From positions 89,158 through 153,157 of the forward strand of contig CAWICO010000006.1 of assembly GCA_963834615.1 (NCBI GenBank): DNA of 64,000 nucleotides, in the 5' to 3' direction. Under the pieces are notes generated by a model that did not search any database, had not been told where the DNA came from, and was given only the letters and a program-made list of their open reading frames with translations. Positions 10,089 to 19,495 of this stretch are shown in pieces. The stretch's first letter is position 1, and each line of letters starts with the position of its first letter. The DNA is from an uncultured Actinomycetota bacterium (GTDB taxonomy: Bacteria > Actinomycetota > Actinomycetes > Mycobacteriales > Mycobacteriaceae). Made by a program: the position numbers and the translations under genes.

Positions 10089-11215
10089 GTACGTACGACC
10101 TGCCTTTCGATGTCATCGAGTGCACGAGCGAGATGGGTCAGGTCGGCATCGGTGTCTGGGGACGGACCAAAAAGCATATGCTGCAACGACTCCGGTCCAA
10201 TGTTGCTGCGTTGGGCAGCGGCGATGACCACCGTGTGTGGCGGGCTGTCCACGCCCAGCCCGAGCCGGGGTAACATCCGCAGCAGCGTCGCGGCCCGGAG
10301 CGCCTGCGCGGCCCGACCTCGCGCTCGGCGCGATCGGTAGAGCCGGCCGCGGCCCTCGACCGTCTCCGATGCCCGGACGACGACGGGCAGGTTCTCGGCG
10401 ACCAGAGGGCCGATCCGACGGCCCTTCCACAACGCAACCAGCAGCACGGTCAACGCCAGCTGCAGGACAACCCAGGTGACGCTGGCCGGCATCAGGTCGA
10501 AAATCGTTGCCGAACCGGATGATCCACCTTCGAGCCGCTGCGGCGCGTACCACACCAGCCGGGAGTGCCGGCCGGCCAAATTCATCGCCAGTGCGGCATT
10601 GCCGGTCCGCAAGAGATTTCCGTTGGTCATGAAATCGGTGCTGCCGACCACCGTCACCAGACGTTCGCCGTCACGGTAGCGAACCAGGGCCCCGCCGTAG
10701 CAGCTGCTGACCGTTCGGTCGCCTACGGCGCGAAAAGTGTTGGACGGCCCGAAATCAACCGATCCCGCCTGAGTCGCTTCGTGCAGCGCACAGTCCGGGT
10801 TGGTGTCCTGCACGCTGGTGCCGACATTGCGGATACCCGGGGCGAGCGCGGCACGGGCATGAGAGGTCGGTTCCACCAGCAGTAGATCACCTGGAGTGTC
10901 GGCGAGCCGGGTGAGCAGCGACTCATCGGTGACACGCTGGGTCTGCGCGAACAGCAGCAGCGTGCCGGGACCCGCGTCGCTCTCCACCTCGTCGAGGCTG
11001 TGGGCGGTGACAACGGTGACGCCACGGTCCCGTAACAGCTCCACCAACGCGTGCGCGCCGTGCGGACCGGTCGATTCGGGGTCCATCTGTCCGCCCGGTC
11101 GCGGCGCGGTGAAATAGGTCGCCACGGCGGCGACAGCGCAGATGGCGATCAGCGCAAGCACCATCGACGTCCATGGCCGGCGTCGCACGGCGGTCGGCGT
11201 TCCGGCGACTCTCAT
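10085..11215 (-). CDS. DUF4350 membrane protein (Rv3691-like)
   Basis: N-terminal TM, G-x2-ALVELL, GNAALAMNL; ATGA overlaps at both ends. Confidence 0.8.
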   Translation of the reverse strand: MRVAGTPTAVRRRPWTSMVLALIAICAVAAVATYFTAPRPGGQMDPESTGPHGAHALVELLRDRGVTVVTAHSLDEVESDAGPGTLLLFAQTQRVTDESLLTRLADTPGDLLLVEPTSHARAALAPGIRNVGTSVQDTNPDCALHEATQAGSVDFGPSNTFRAVGDRTVSSCYGGALVRYRDGERLVTVVGSTDFMTNGNLLRTGNAALAMNLAGRHSRLVWYAPQRLEGGSSGSATIFDLMPASVTWVVLQLALTVLLVALWKGRRIGPLVAENLPVVVRASETVEGRGRLYRSRRARGRAAQALRAATLLRMLPRLGLGVDSPPHTVVIAAAQRSNIGPESLQHMLFGPSPDTDADLTHLARALDDIERQVVRT

Positions 11216-11866
11216 CGGATGGGGGCCCACGCGTCGACTGCGGGGTGCTCGGTGGGGCCGGATTGACCTGCCGCAGAATGGAATCGCACATGGTTGTCGA
11301 GGTCCGCGATCATCTGGTAGGCGGCGGGCGTGCCCGGACTTTCGCCGTAGGTGACGTCGTTGAACGCGTTGGCCGCGCCGGATAATTCGGAGCCCAGCTG
11401 GGGTAGATGTTCGGCGGCGGCGCGGGCCAGCTCATTGGCCGTACGACCGGGAGCGGGGTCCACGGTTCCGTCCTCCTCGAGGGCGCGGGCCACCGCACGC
11501 AGCCGGTGCCGGACCGCCGCAGTCCAATTGCCCTCAGCGGCACATCGTTCCGCAATGGCACGATGCTCGCTGGCGCTGAGTTGACCGGCATCGAAGAGCT
11601 GATAGTCACCGTCGCGACGGGTGCGGATGGTGCGTCGCGCGATGCGGATCGCGACGACGACCGCGACGGTCAACAGGGTGATCAGCACGCCGGCAGTGAA
11701 CCATCCGCCCGGTAGCGACGAACCTTGTTCCAGAATGCGATAGGAGCAACTCATGCAGCCACTCTTGTACGCGCTCAGAGATCGAACCCTTGGGATAGAT
11801 CGGCTTGTCGAGTTCTCGCTGCGCGGCCTCGCGCGCGGTGTCGCGGTCGATATCGATTCCGGGCAT
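11212..11866 (-). pseudogene. DUF4129 protein (Rv3690-like); one apparent frameshift near 11745
   Basis: MPGIDIDRDTAREAAQREL then GRTANELA…FNDVTYG in another frame. Confidence 0.8.
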
Positions 11867-11879
11867 CCCTAGCGTGTTC

Positions 11880-13028
11880 CTAAACCGGCCGCGTCAGCCA
11901 GAGGTGATCGGTCGACCCAGCTGCGGCCGGGCCGGCGGCGGCACCGGATTGCAGAACCAGATCGAATGCCTCAGAACGAATCCGGCGGTCGGCATAGAGC
12001 AAGACGACGACCCCTGCGCTGAACGGGGCGGTGACGATCCGGCCGATGGCCGCTCCGACCGCCGCGACGGTCGCGGCGACGAGTACGGGGCCGCCGGCAA
12101 AAAGACCGAGGAAGTCGAACGGGACAGCGATCGCGCCGGCGATAAAGGTGACCACCAGCCAGGTCAGCATCCGGATGCCGAGTACACGCCAGAAGCTGTT
12201 GCGTATCAAGGCAAGCGATCTGGTGATCGAGTTAATGACCGGCAGCCGTTCCAGCACTATCAACACCGGTGCGAACGAGAGAGCCGTGTACAAATAGACC
12301 ACCGTGGCGACCGACATCAGCACCAGCGGGAGCCCGAGGAGCACGGTGGCCCCAGCGTCGCCGGAGGCGGCGATCGCCGCGACGATCAGCCCCACCGCGC
12401 CGGCCAGCAGTACCAGCCCGGCGCATTCCAGCGCCACCAGTCCGACCAGCGCGAGAAGGCGCCCGCGCACCCTGGCCCACGTTTCGCCGGCACTGATCGT
12501 CGAGCCGAATATCGCGCGGCCGGCGAGCACCGTGAGCATGCCCGTCAGCAGAATGCCGGCCAGCCAGCCGACAACCCCGCTCAGTGCTGATGAGAGCATC
12601 CAGGCGCCGACCTCCCTGCCGGTGAGTTCGGCGGACGAGGCGGTGTTCAGGCGGCCGGCTGCGGTCAGCGGTCCGGTCGCGGCGAGCAACGTGATGATCT
12701 CCGTGATGACCACGACGACGGTAGTCAGCCCCAAAACGGCTTTCGGGTTCGCCCGGATGTAGACGGCCGCACCGTTGAAGATGTCGCTGAGGCTCAATGG
12801 CCGCAGCGGGATGATGCCCGGCGCGAAGGCCGAGCGAACCTGTGGCGGCGGCATGCCATAACCCGTCTGCGCCGGGTAGCCCGGATAACTCGGATATGGA
12901 TAGGCGTAACCCGGGTCGGGGTAGCCGGGAGGTGGGTATCCGGGCGCCTGATATGCGGGTGGGCCGTAACCGGGTGGCGGGTAACCCCACGCCGGGTAAT
13001 GCGGGTAATCGGGAGGCGGCGTGCTCAC
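11880..13028 (-). CDS. Membrane protein with Pro/Tyr/Gly-rich N-terminus (Rv3689-like)
   Basis: PPPGYGPP repeats, PGIIPLRPLSLSDIF, YADRRIRSEAFDL. Confidence 0.85.
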   Translation of the reverse strand: MSTPPPDYPHYPAWGYPPPGYGPPAYQAPGYPPPGYPDPGYAYPYPSYPGYPAQTGYGMPPPQVRSAFAPGIIPLRPLSLSDIFNGAAVYIRANPKAVLGLTTVVVVITEIITLLAATGPLTAAGRLNTASSAELTGREVGAWMLSSALSGVVGWLAGILLTGMLTVLAGRAIFGSTISAGETWARVRGRLLALVGLVALECAGLVLLAGAVGLIVAAIAASGDAGATVLLGLPLVLMSVATVVYLYTALSFAPVLIVLERLPVINSITRSLALIRNSFWRVLGIRMLTWLVVTFIAGAIAVPFDFLGLFAGGPVLVAATVAAVGAAIGRIVTAPFSAGVVVLLYADRRIRSEAFDLVLQSGAAAGPAAAGSTDHLWLTRPV

Positions 13029-13149
13029 CAGTCGGAGCCGTCGTCGCGCGTCATGGCTTCCATACTGTCGAGCACCCAGGCATTTCTCAACGTGCCGCGA
13101 CGCTTGCGGGCCTGGCGTCTGACCAGGGTGCAGCCGTAACGTCTCGTTC

Positions 13150-13614
13150 ATGGCGGAACTCAAGGCCCGGTTGCGGGCGGATCTGACCGATGCGATGAAG
13201 GCGAAAGACAAGCTGCGCACCGCGACACTGCGGATGCTGCTGGCCGCGATCCAGACTGAGGAAGTCTCCGGCAAGGCGTCGCGCGAGCTCTCCGATGACG
13301 ATGTGCTCAAGGTGTTGGGCAAAGAGGCTAGAAAGCGCAGCGAGGCCGCCGAGATCTACACCCAGAACGGCCGCGGCGAGTTGGCAGCGAACGAGCACGC
13401 CGAAGCACGGGTGATCGACGAGTACCTCCCGACCCCGCTTACCGAGGCGGAGGTGGCCGACGCCGTCGACACCGCGATCGCGCAGGTGGCCGAGGAGTTG
13501 GGCGAGCGTCCGGGCATGAAGCAGATGGGCCAGGTGATGAAGGCGGCCACAGCGTTGGCGGCGGGCAAAGCCGACGGGTCCCGATTGTCAGCGGCGGTCA
13601 AGGCGCGGCTCTAG
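13150..13614 (+). CDS. GatB/YqeY domain protein (Rv3688c-like)
   Basis: MAELKARL…AMKAKDK…; TAACGT -10 lies 7 nt upstream (leaderless). Confidence 0.92.
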   Translation: MAELKARLRADLTDAMKAKDKLRTATLRMLLAAIQTEEVSGKASRELSDDDVLKVLGKEARKRSEAAEIYTQNGRGELAANEHAEARVIDEYLPTPLTEAEVADAVDTAIAQVAEELGERPGMKQMGQVMKAATALAAGKADGSRLSAAVKARL

Positions 13615-13676
13615 CCCGGTGAGCCGGAACGGGTTCAGGAGCAGCTGGGCAATCGGGCTTAGCCCGGCGCAAGGTC

Positions 13677-13701
13677 GTTTGCCTCGGCCGTGCACGGGTA
13701 T
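13677..13701 (+). promoter_or_regulatory. SigF-type promoter GTTT-N15-GGGTAT
   Basis: Matches mycobacterial SigF consensus GTTT-N15-17-GGGTA; GTG start 9 nt downstream. Confidence 0.75.
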
Positions 13702-13710
13702 CCGAGACGG

Positions 13711-14727
13711 GTGACACGTTTCGGATACACCCTCATGACAGAACAGAACAACCCCAAAGATCTTGTCCAGTATGCGATTTCGGCAGAGCGACGAGGGTTT
13801 GACTTCGAGGTCAGCAGCGACCACTTTTCGCCGTGGCTGACATCGCAGGGGCACGCGCCCAATGCTTGGACGATGCTGGGCGCCGTCGCGCAGGCCACCG
13901 AGCGCGTTGGCCTTTACACCTATGTGACCTGCCCGACCATGCGTTATCACCCTGCAATCGTCGCGCAGCAGGCGGCGACGCTGCAGATCCTCGCCGACGG
14001 GCGCTTCACCTTGGGCCTGGGCAGCGGCGAAAACCTCAACGAGCACGTCGTCGGCAAGGGCTGGCCTGCCATCACGCAACGGCAGGACATGCTGCGTGAG
14101 GCGATCGACATCATTCGCGCCCTGTTCAGCGGCGACCTGGTCGATTGGCGGGGCGACTACTTCCAGGTGGATTCCGCGCGATTGTGGGACGTCCCGGACG
14201 TTCCGGTCGGCATCGGAATCGCGGTAGGTGGGAAAAAGGCGATCGACAAGTTCGGCCTTCTCGCCGATCACCTGATCGCGGTCGAACCAGACGGTGAGCT
14301 TGTGCGCGACTGGCATACGTTGCGGCAGGGCAACGGCTTGGCCGGCGGTGGCCGGGTCGTCGGGCAGATCCCGATTTGTTGGGACCCCGATCGGGACGCG
14401 GCCGTGCAGCGCGCACACGATCAATTTCGTTGGTTCGGCGGCGGATGGAGTGTCAACGCCGACCTGCCGACCCCTGCGGGCTTCGCCGGCGCCACACAAT
14501 TCGTCCGTCCTGACGATGTCGCCGAAGGTATCCCCTGCGGCCCGGACATCGACGCGATCGTCGATAAGGTGCGCCCCTACTGGGAAGCGGGGTTCACCGA
14601 CATCGCGGTGGTGCAAGTCGGCGGCGACAGCCAGGAACAATTTCTGAAGGAAGCCGCCGAGCCGTTACTGGACGCACTACGGTCGGCCGCCCCGAGCGAC
14701 AGCAATACCCGACCGAAGAAGGATTGA
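13711..14727 (+). CDS. F420-dependent LLM-class oxidoreductase (TIGR03557-like)
   Basis: MTRFGYTLMTEQ, SDHFSPW, LGLGSGENLNEH. Confidence 0.9.
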   Translation: MTRFGYTLMTEQNNPKDLVQYAISAERRGFDFEVSSDHFSPWLTSQGHAPNAWTMLGAVAQATERVGLYTYVTCPTMRYHPAIVAQQAATLQILADGRFTLGLGSGENLNEHVVGKGWPAITQRQDMLREAIDIIRALFSGDLVDWRGDYFQVDSARLWDVPDVPVGIGIAVGGKKAIDKFGLLADHLIAVEPDGELVRDWHTLRQGNGLAGGGRVVGQIPICWDPDRDAAVQRAHDQFRWFGGGWSVNADLPTPAGFAGATQFVRPDDVAEGIPCGPDIDAIVDKVRPYWEAGFTDIAVVQVGGDSQEQFLKEAAEPLLDALRSAAPSDSNTRPKKD

Positions 14728-14728
14728 A

Positions 14729-15286
14729 ATGTCGAATTCATTGCACGGCAAGAGGGTTGCGATCTTGGCTGCCGACGGCGTGGAGAAGGTCGAACTGGAG
14801 CAGCCCCGCGCGGAGCTCACTGAGAAGGGTGCCCACGTCGCGGTCCTCTCGCTGAAAGCCGGTGAGATCCAAGCACGGAACCACGATCTCGAGCCGGCAG
14901 GAACGATTGCTGTCGATCGAACGGTGTCAGATGCATCGGTCGAGGACTACGACGCCCTTGTCCTTCCCGGCGGCACGGTGAATCCGGACAAGCTCCGCGT
15001 CGACGACTCGGCTGTCTCGTTCGTGCGTGATTTCGTGATGTCCGGCAAGCCGGTCGCCGCGATCTGTCACGGGCCGTGGACGCTGGTTGAGGCGGGCGTG
15101 GTCGCGGGCCGGACCCTTACGTCGTATCCGAGCATCCGTACCGATCTACGGAATGCCGGCGCGAACGTCGTCGACGAAGAAGTCGCTGTCGACGGGAATG
15201 TCATCACCAGCCGGTCACCGGGTGACCTGCCGGCGTTCTGCGCGGCGCTTGTCAAGCAACTCGAGCAAGCTTCGGTGGGCGCCTAA
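14729..15286 (+). CDS. DJ-1/PfpI-family general stress protein (YhbO-like)
   Basis: GVEKVE glutamate, LPGG, AICHGP nucleophile elbow. Confidence 0.92.
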   Translation: MSNSLHGKRVAILAADGVEKVELEQPRAELTEKGAHVAVLSLKAGEIQARNHDLEPAGTIAVDRTVSDASVEDYDALVLPGGTVNPDKLRVDDSAVSFVRDFVMSGKPVAAICHGPWTLVEAGVVAGRTLTSYPSIRTDLRNAGANVVDEEVAVDGNVITSRSPGDLPAFCAALVKQLEQASVGA

Positions 15287-15301
15287 AAATATTACGCGGA
15301 A

Positions 15302-15327
15302 GTTTCGCGCTTTTGGTTTGTGGGCAT
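15302..15327 (+). promoter_or_regulatory. SigF-type promoter GTTT-N16-GGGCAT
   Basis: One mismatch to GGGTA(T); upstream of the methyltransferase. Confidence 0.55.
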
Positions 15328-15381
15328 GAGTGAGCGAAAGGTCGTGAATCCCACGGCCTTCACGTAGCTCGAAAGGCCGCC

Positions 15382-16074
15382 GTGACCATCTCCTACTCTC
15401 CGCTGTCTGATTCGCTGGATGTCGACGGTGTCTACCCGCCGCAACATGACTCGATGTTGTTGATCGAGGCTTTAGAGCGGGCCGGATTGGCGCCGGGGCG
15501 ACGGGTACTGGACCTGTGTACCGGCAGCGGAGTTGTCGCACTCGCTGCGGCCGCGATGGGAGCCTCCAGCGTGACCGCGTTCGACATCTGCCCGCACGCG
15601 GTCCGGTGTTCGCGCGATAATGCTGCTGGTGCCGGTGTCCATGTCGAAGTGCGCGAAGGATCATGGACAGGTGCCCTGGACTACGCTCCGTTCGAGGTCA
15701 TCGTCTCCAATCCGCCTTATGTGCCAACGCCATCAGACGGTGATATGGAGTGGATCCCGCCGGCGGCCGGCCCCGCGCGGGCATGGAATGCGGGTCTGGA
15801 TGGCCGGGCGGTGCTCGATCCGCTGTGCACCTCGGCGGCTGAATTATTGGCCGACGGTGGCTCGCTGCTCTTGGTGCATTCGGCACTCGCCGGTGCCGAG
15901 CGGTCACTGGATCTCTTGCGCTTCAACGGCTTGGATGCAAACGTCGTTGCCTCACAATGGATTCCCTTCGGGCCGGTGTTATCAGCGCGGGCTACTTGGT
16001 TGGAGCGCACGGGTCAGATCGAGCCGGGCTGTCGCACAGAGGAATTGATAGTCATCCGGGCGGACAAGCCGTGA
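15382..16074 (+). CDS. HemK2/MTQ2-like SAM methyltransferase
   Basis: VLDLCTGSG motif I, SNPPYVP amine-methylation motif, AWNAGLDGR. Confidence 0.9.
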   Translation: MTISYSPLSDSLDVDGVYPPQHDSMLLIEALERAGLAPGRRVLDLCTGSGVVALAAAAMGASSVTAFDICPHAVRCSRDNAAGAGVHVEVREGSWTGALDYAPFEVIVSNPPYVPTPSDGDMEWIPPAAGPARAWNAGLDGRAVLDPLCTSAAELLADGGSLLLVHSALAGAERSLDLLRFNGLDANVVASQWIPFGPVLSARATWLERTGQIEPGCRTEELIVIRADKP

Positions 16075-16316
16075 CCGCCCGGACCCGAGTGCAGGTGATT
16101 CCGAATGGCCCGGTGTTGATACCGGGGCCGGTGCGCATCGAGACACCCGGTGGCGCCGTCGTCGAATCCGACCGATTTATGGTTGCCGTGTGTACGTGTC
16201 GGCGCAGCAAGAACTATCCGATGTGCGACACCAGCCATCGGCGGTGTCGCCCGGCCCGCGTTGATCTTTCGGACGACAATGCCGGACAACAAGATTCAGA
16301 CAAGGGGTCGTCGTAA
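16071..16316 (+). CDS. CDGSH 2Fe-2S protein
   Basis: CTCRRSKNYPMCDTSH; GTGA overlap with the methyltransferase stop. Confidence 0.9.
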   Translation: MTARTRVQVIPNGPVLIPGPVRIETPGGAVVESDRFMVAVCTCRRSKNYPMCDTSHRRCRPARVDLSDDNAGQQDSDKGSS

Positions 16317-17315
16317 CGACGACTTTCCTGCTTCCCACGAGGCCATGATCGCATCGGCAAGCCGATCCTCGACCGCAGCGTGAGCCCGGATCCCGAATAC
16401 CACGTCGCGGTCCAGATGGGGCTCCCGCGCCACAAGATTGCCGACTACATCGATGCGCACTACTTGCTCGTGCACCGCGTCGGCCTCGACGTGCTCACGG
16501 TAGAACGCGATGCATGCCGGCGGCGCGGCCAGTCGCTGCAACGCTTCGACGAATCGGCGGGAACCCGGTGGCGAGGTGATCTCCGTTGAGGCGAAATGTC
16601 CGATCGCAGAACCACGGAACTGCCGGTGCAAGCCGAATAGCGACATCACGTTGACCACCGCCAGGGATTCGGCGGAAATGATGTCGAGATAGGCCAGATA
16701 GGTCGCGTCCAGACCGGCGGCGGTCAGCAGGTCGGCAAAAAGCTGCTGGTGGATGTTCGGGCCGTGCCCGGCGCCGTACTCGTCATATTCGATCGCGACA
16801 AATGACGCCTTGGCTTGGCCCACCAGTCGGGGGATGGCCCAGGCATGCGGGTCACCTTCCTTGAGGTGATACAGCGATCGATGCACGAAGTATTCGCGCA
16901 TCTGCTCCCATGTCCCGTGATCGCGTAGCCAATAGGACGGTCCAGTTCCGTCGCCAGATTCGATTGCGAGGCGGTCCATTTCGGCTTCCGCAGTGTCGCC
17001 CGGATCGATGGGGCCGACTTCACGGCGTAGCGCGGACAAAAAAGTACGCTCCATCTGGCCGCGTAGATGCAGTAGTCCGGGATTCCACTCCCAGGCGGGG
17101 TCGACCCCGTGGAAGCCGCGGTAGTGCAACTCGTAGCACATGTAGAGAGCGAGCTGCAGATCCAGGCCGTACGGATCGGAGTCGAGTACCGAACCGTCGA
17201 TGCGATTCAGGTAATCGCGGGGCGCCGATTCGGTGAGACTGCGTCGAACGGCCATCGACAGCGGCCCGCGCGCGGTGGGCAACTGAGGTTCGATTGTCGT
17301 TCGTAGTTGAGGCAC
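16296..17315 (-). CDS. Heme-oxygenase-like diiron oxidase (iron-containing redox enzyme family)
   Basis: HLKEGDPH, DEYGAGHGPNIH, STEITS and EHVEADAVHE metal-ligand motifs. Confidence 0.88.
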   Translation of the reverse strand: MPQLRTTIEPQLPTARGPLSMAVRRSLTESAPRDYLNRIDGSVLDSDPYGLDLQLALYMCYELHYRGFHGVDPAWEWNPGLLHLRGQMERTFLSALRREVGPIDPGDTAEAEMDRLAIESGDGTGPSYWLRDHGTWEQMREYFVHRSLYHLKEGDPHAWAIPRLVGQAKASFVAIEYDEYGAGHGPNIHQQLFADLLTAAGLDATYLAYLDIISAESLAVVNVMSLFGLHRQFRGSAIGHFASTEITSPPGSRRFVEALQRLAAPPACIAFYREHVEADAVHEQVVRIDVVGNLVAREPHLDRDVVFGIRAHAAVEDRLADAIMASWEAGKSSLRRPLV

Positions 17316-17323
17316 GCGGTTGT

Positions 17324-17350
17324 GTACCCGCCGATCGGTGGTCGTCAAAC
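17324..17350 (-). promoter_or_regulatory. SigF-type promoter GTTT-N17-GGGTAC
   Basis: Consensus match 8 nt before GTG 17315, implying a leaderless mRNA. Confidence 0.75.
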
Positions 17351-18441
17351 TGGCCATTCGCACCCGGTCAGCTCGACGGAGACGTCCCAAGGCCGGCGGG
17401 CCATCGCCGCGTCGCGGGCGTTTTTTGCGCGGCCGGGTCACCTTCGGCCTGCCCACTCGCTGAACCGCGGTGCCAGGTAACTGCCGGTCGTCACGCTGGG
17501 ACCAGCATCGTCTCGACCTGCACCGACCTGTTGCCAAGCGTGCCCGGTTGGCGGAGAAACGGGCTTAGGGATCGACGAGTGGACCGCCGAAGGGGGGTAG
17601 CCGCGGCCGAAAAGAACCTGCACATCGTCGTCGGCGAAATCCAAACGGGGAACGCTGCAGCACTGCGGATCATCATCAACGGACGCAGCCGCGCGACCGA
17701 CCTGATCCCTTTCATTCAGTACGGATTCGTCACGATGGACGGGCAGCCCGACCGGGTCGCAACCCACCGGGGTGGCGCGTGCGGCTGCCCTTGCTCGCGG
17801 CCCACGTCCCGTCGATGGGCAAGGAGCTACGCCCGTGGGTCATCTGGGTCCGTTGACTCGCAAGGTCATGCAGTATCAGCACCTCATGAAACAGTTCGTG
17901 CCGACCGCACACGGAGCACAGGACTGGGCGCTGCTCGCCAATTCGTATCGTTTACCACTTCGAACGCATCGGAAAGTCCCTTTAAGTCCACGATTGGTAC
18001 CAGTATACGGAGATGCTCAGTCAGTGGGCACGTTCAATCGACCCTTTCGAGACCACGGTAAAGCGTTCCGAGCAGCCCGACCTCGTGCACTTCGAAATTG
18101 CAGAGCGACACATCTGAAACCACGTGCGCACATCATGAACTCGATGAGTTTGACGCTGACGCGAAGTTCGCCGCCTCACTCGAATACCTGCAAAAGCCCT
18201 GGTAAGGGGGCTGCCTGAGCCCTTATTGAGCTGGGCAAAGTCCGAATAACGGCAAGTCCGCAGCGCTTTGGCGAACCGCAATGTCACGGCAACAAATCAG
18301 CGGAATAGGTGGCCCGGGCCTTTTGTACTCGTAAATATATTCTGTTTCCGGGTACTTCATGGTCGCGGTCGGGTTAACATCTTCAAATTCCGCGCTTGTT
18401 GCGCTTGATTGCAGTGACCATAGGGGGCTCCAGTGGTTTTA

Positions 18442-19098
18442 ATGTCTCGTGTCGTTTGGGCTGGGTTGGGTGCCGCTGCTGCGGCCGCGTTGATCCCGCT
18501 GGCATTGGCGCACGCCGATGACCAAGTCACCTTGGGGTCCGCTGGCCCAGACGTGCCCAACACGGCACTCGGCCCCGACGGGTATGTGGGGTTCCAGCCG
18601 TACTTCACCGAGTGGCAGCAGGACCAGCCGACCGATGTATACATAGATGGTTCGAAAGTCGCCGCCGGCAGCTATGACGTGTCCGAGACTGATCGCGCAA
18701 CCCCGTGGGTTGATCAGTCGGTCTATGACTTCGGCACAGCCACTAGTGGTGGTACCGACCCGGGTGGCCTGGAAGGCGCGACGGTGAGTGACTTCGCGTT
18801 GTACCCCAGCTTCAACGCCGCCACCGAGCAGGAGCCGCCGCCCGACGTGACCGCCGCGGTCGATAACATCTACGTGACGTTCAGCAACGGTAACGAGGAA
18901 GATGTCCTCACCACCGCCTCGGGTATCAACTTTTACGTGGATAACCCAGCGTCTGGCTCAGCTGACTGGTTCGAAGCACCGGGTTCTACCGTCCCTACCG
19001 AGCTATTTAGTAACCTGCCTGACACGTCAGCGGCGCTAGCGGCCGTCGAGGGTATTTCCAGCCTGTTGCCGCCCGACGTGTGGTTCCCCGGCATATGA
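18442..19098 (+). CDS. Secreted acidic protein of unknown function
   Basis: Signal peptide ending LALAHA; mature part has 1 K and 1 R. Confidence 0.8.
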   Translation: MSRVVWAGLGAAAAAALIPLALAHADDQVTLGSAGPDVPNTALGPDGYVGFQPYFTEWQQDQPTDVYIDGSKVAAGSYDVSETDRATPWVDQSVYDFGTATSGGTDPGGLEGATVSDFALYPSFNAATEQEPPPDVTAAVDNIYVTFSNGNEEDVLTTASGINFYVDNPASGSADWFEAPGSTVPTELFSNLPDTSAALAAVEGISSLLPPDVWFPGI

Positions 19099-19220
19099 CG
19101 TGGCCGAGCTGGACGGTTCGAACCTGGATTGAGTTCGGCGGCTCGGATCTTCTCTCTGGCGTGACGCTAGGGCGCAGCGGCGCCTGAACGTCGCTCAATA
19201 GTGGCTGTACGAGCCATTCA

Positions 19221-19297
19221 TGGTCGGGGTGGCGGGATTCGAACCCACGACCTCTTCGTCCCGAACGAAGCACGCTACCAAGCTGCGCCACACCCCG
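19221..19297 (-). tRNA. tRNA-Pro(CGG)
   Basis: CGGGGTGTGGCGCAGCTTGGTAGC…TTCGGGA loop…GGTTCGAATCC…CCA. Confidence 0.97.
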
Positions 19298-19495
19298 CGT
19301 GAAGCCACGACAGCGTATCGCACCAACCCGGCAAGCGGCCAAAGGGGATTGCCGGACCTGCCGTCGTTTGCCGTCGGTGCCACGCCAAACACAGCTGCCG
19401 TCAGGTTCGCGCAACATCCGGCGTGGAATAACCGGGTCCGCGGCGCCATTAACTAAACTAATGACTTCGCACATTGCAATGGAAGCGAGTGAATC

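Noticed and set aside
12840-13028. PPPGY repeats as a novel repeat element
   Set aside because: Common Pro-rich N-terminus of actinobacterial membrane proteins
15326-15367. Mini-ORF MSERKVVNPTAFT* as precursor peptide for the methyltransferase/diiron enzyme
   Set aside because: No RBS, and its ATG overlaps the putative SigF -10 element
18350-18355. GGGTAC as a fourth SigF promoter
   Set aside because: No GTTT at 15-17 nt spacing
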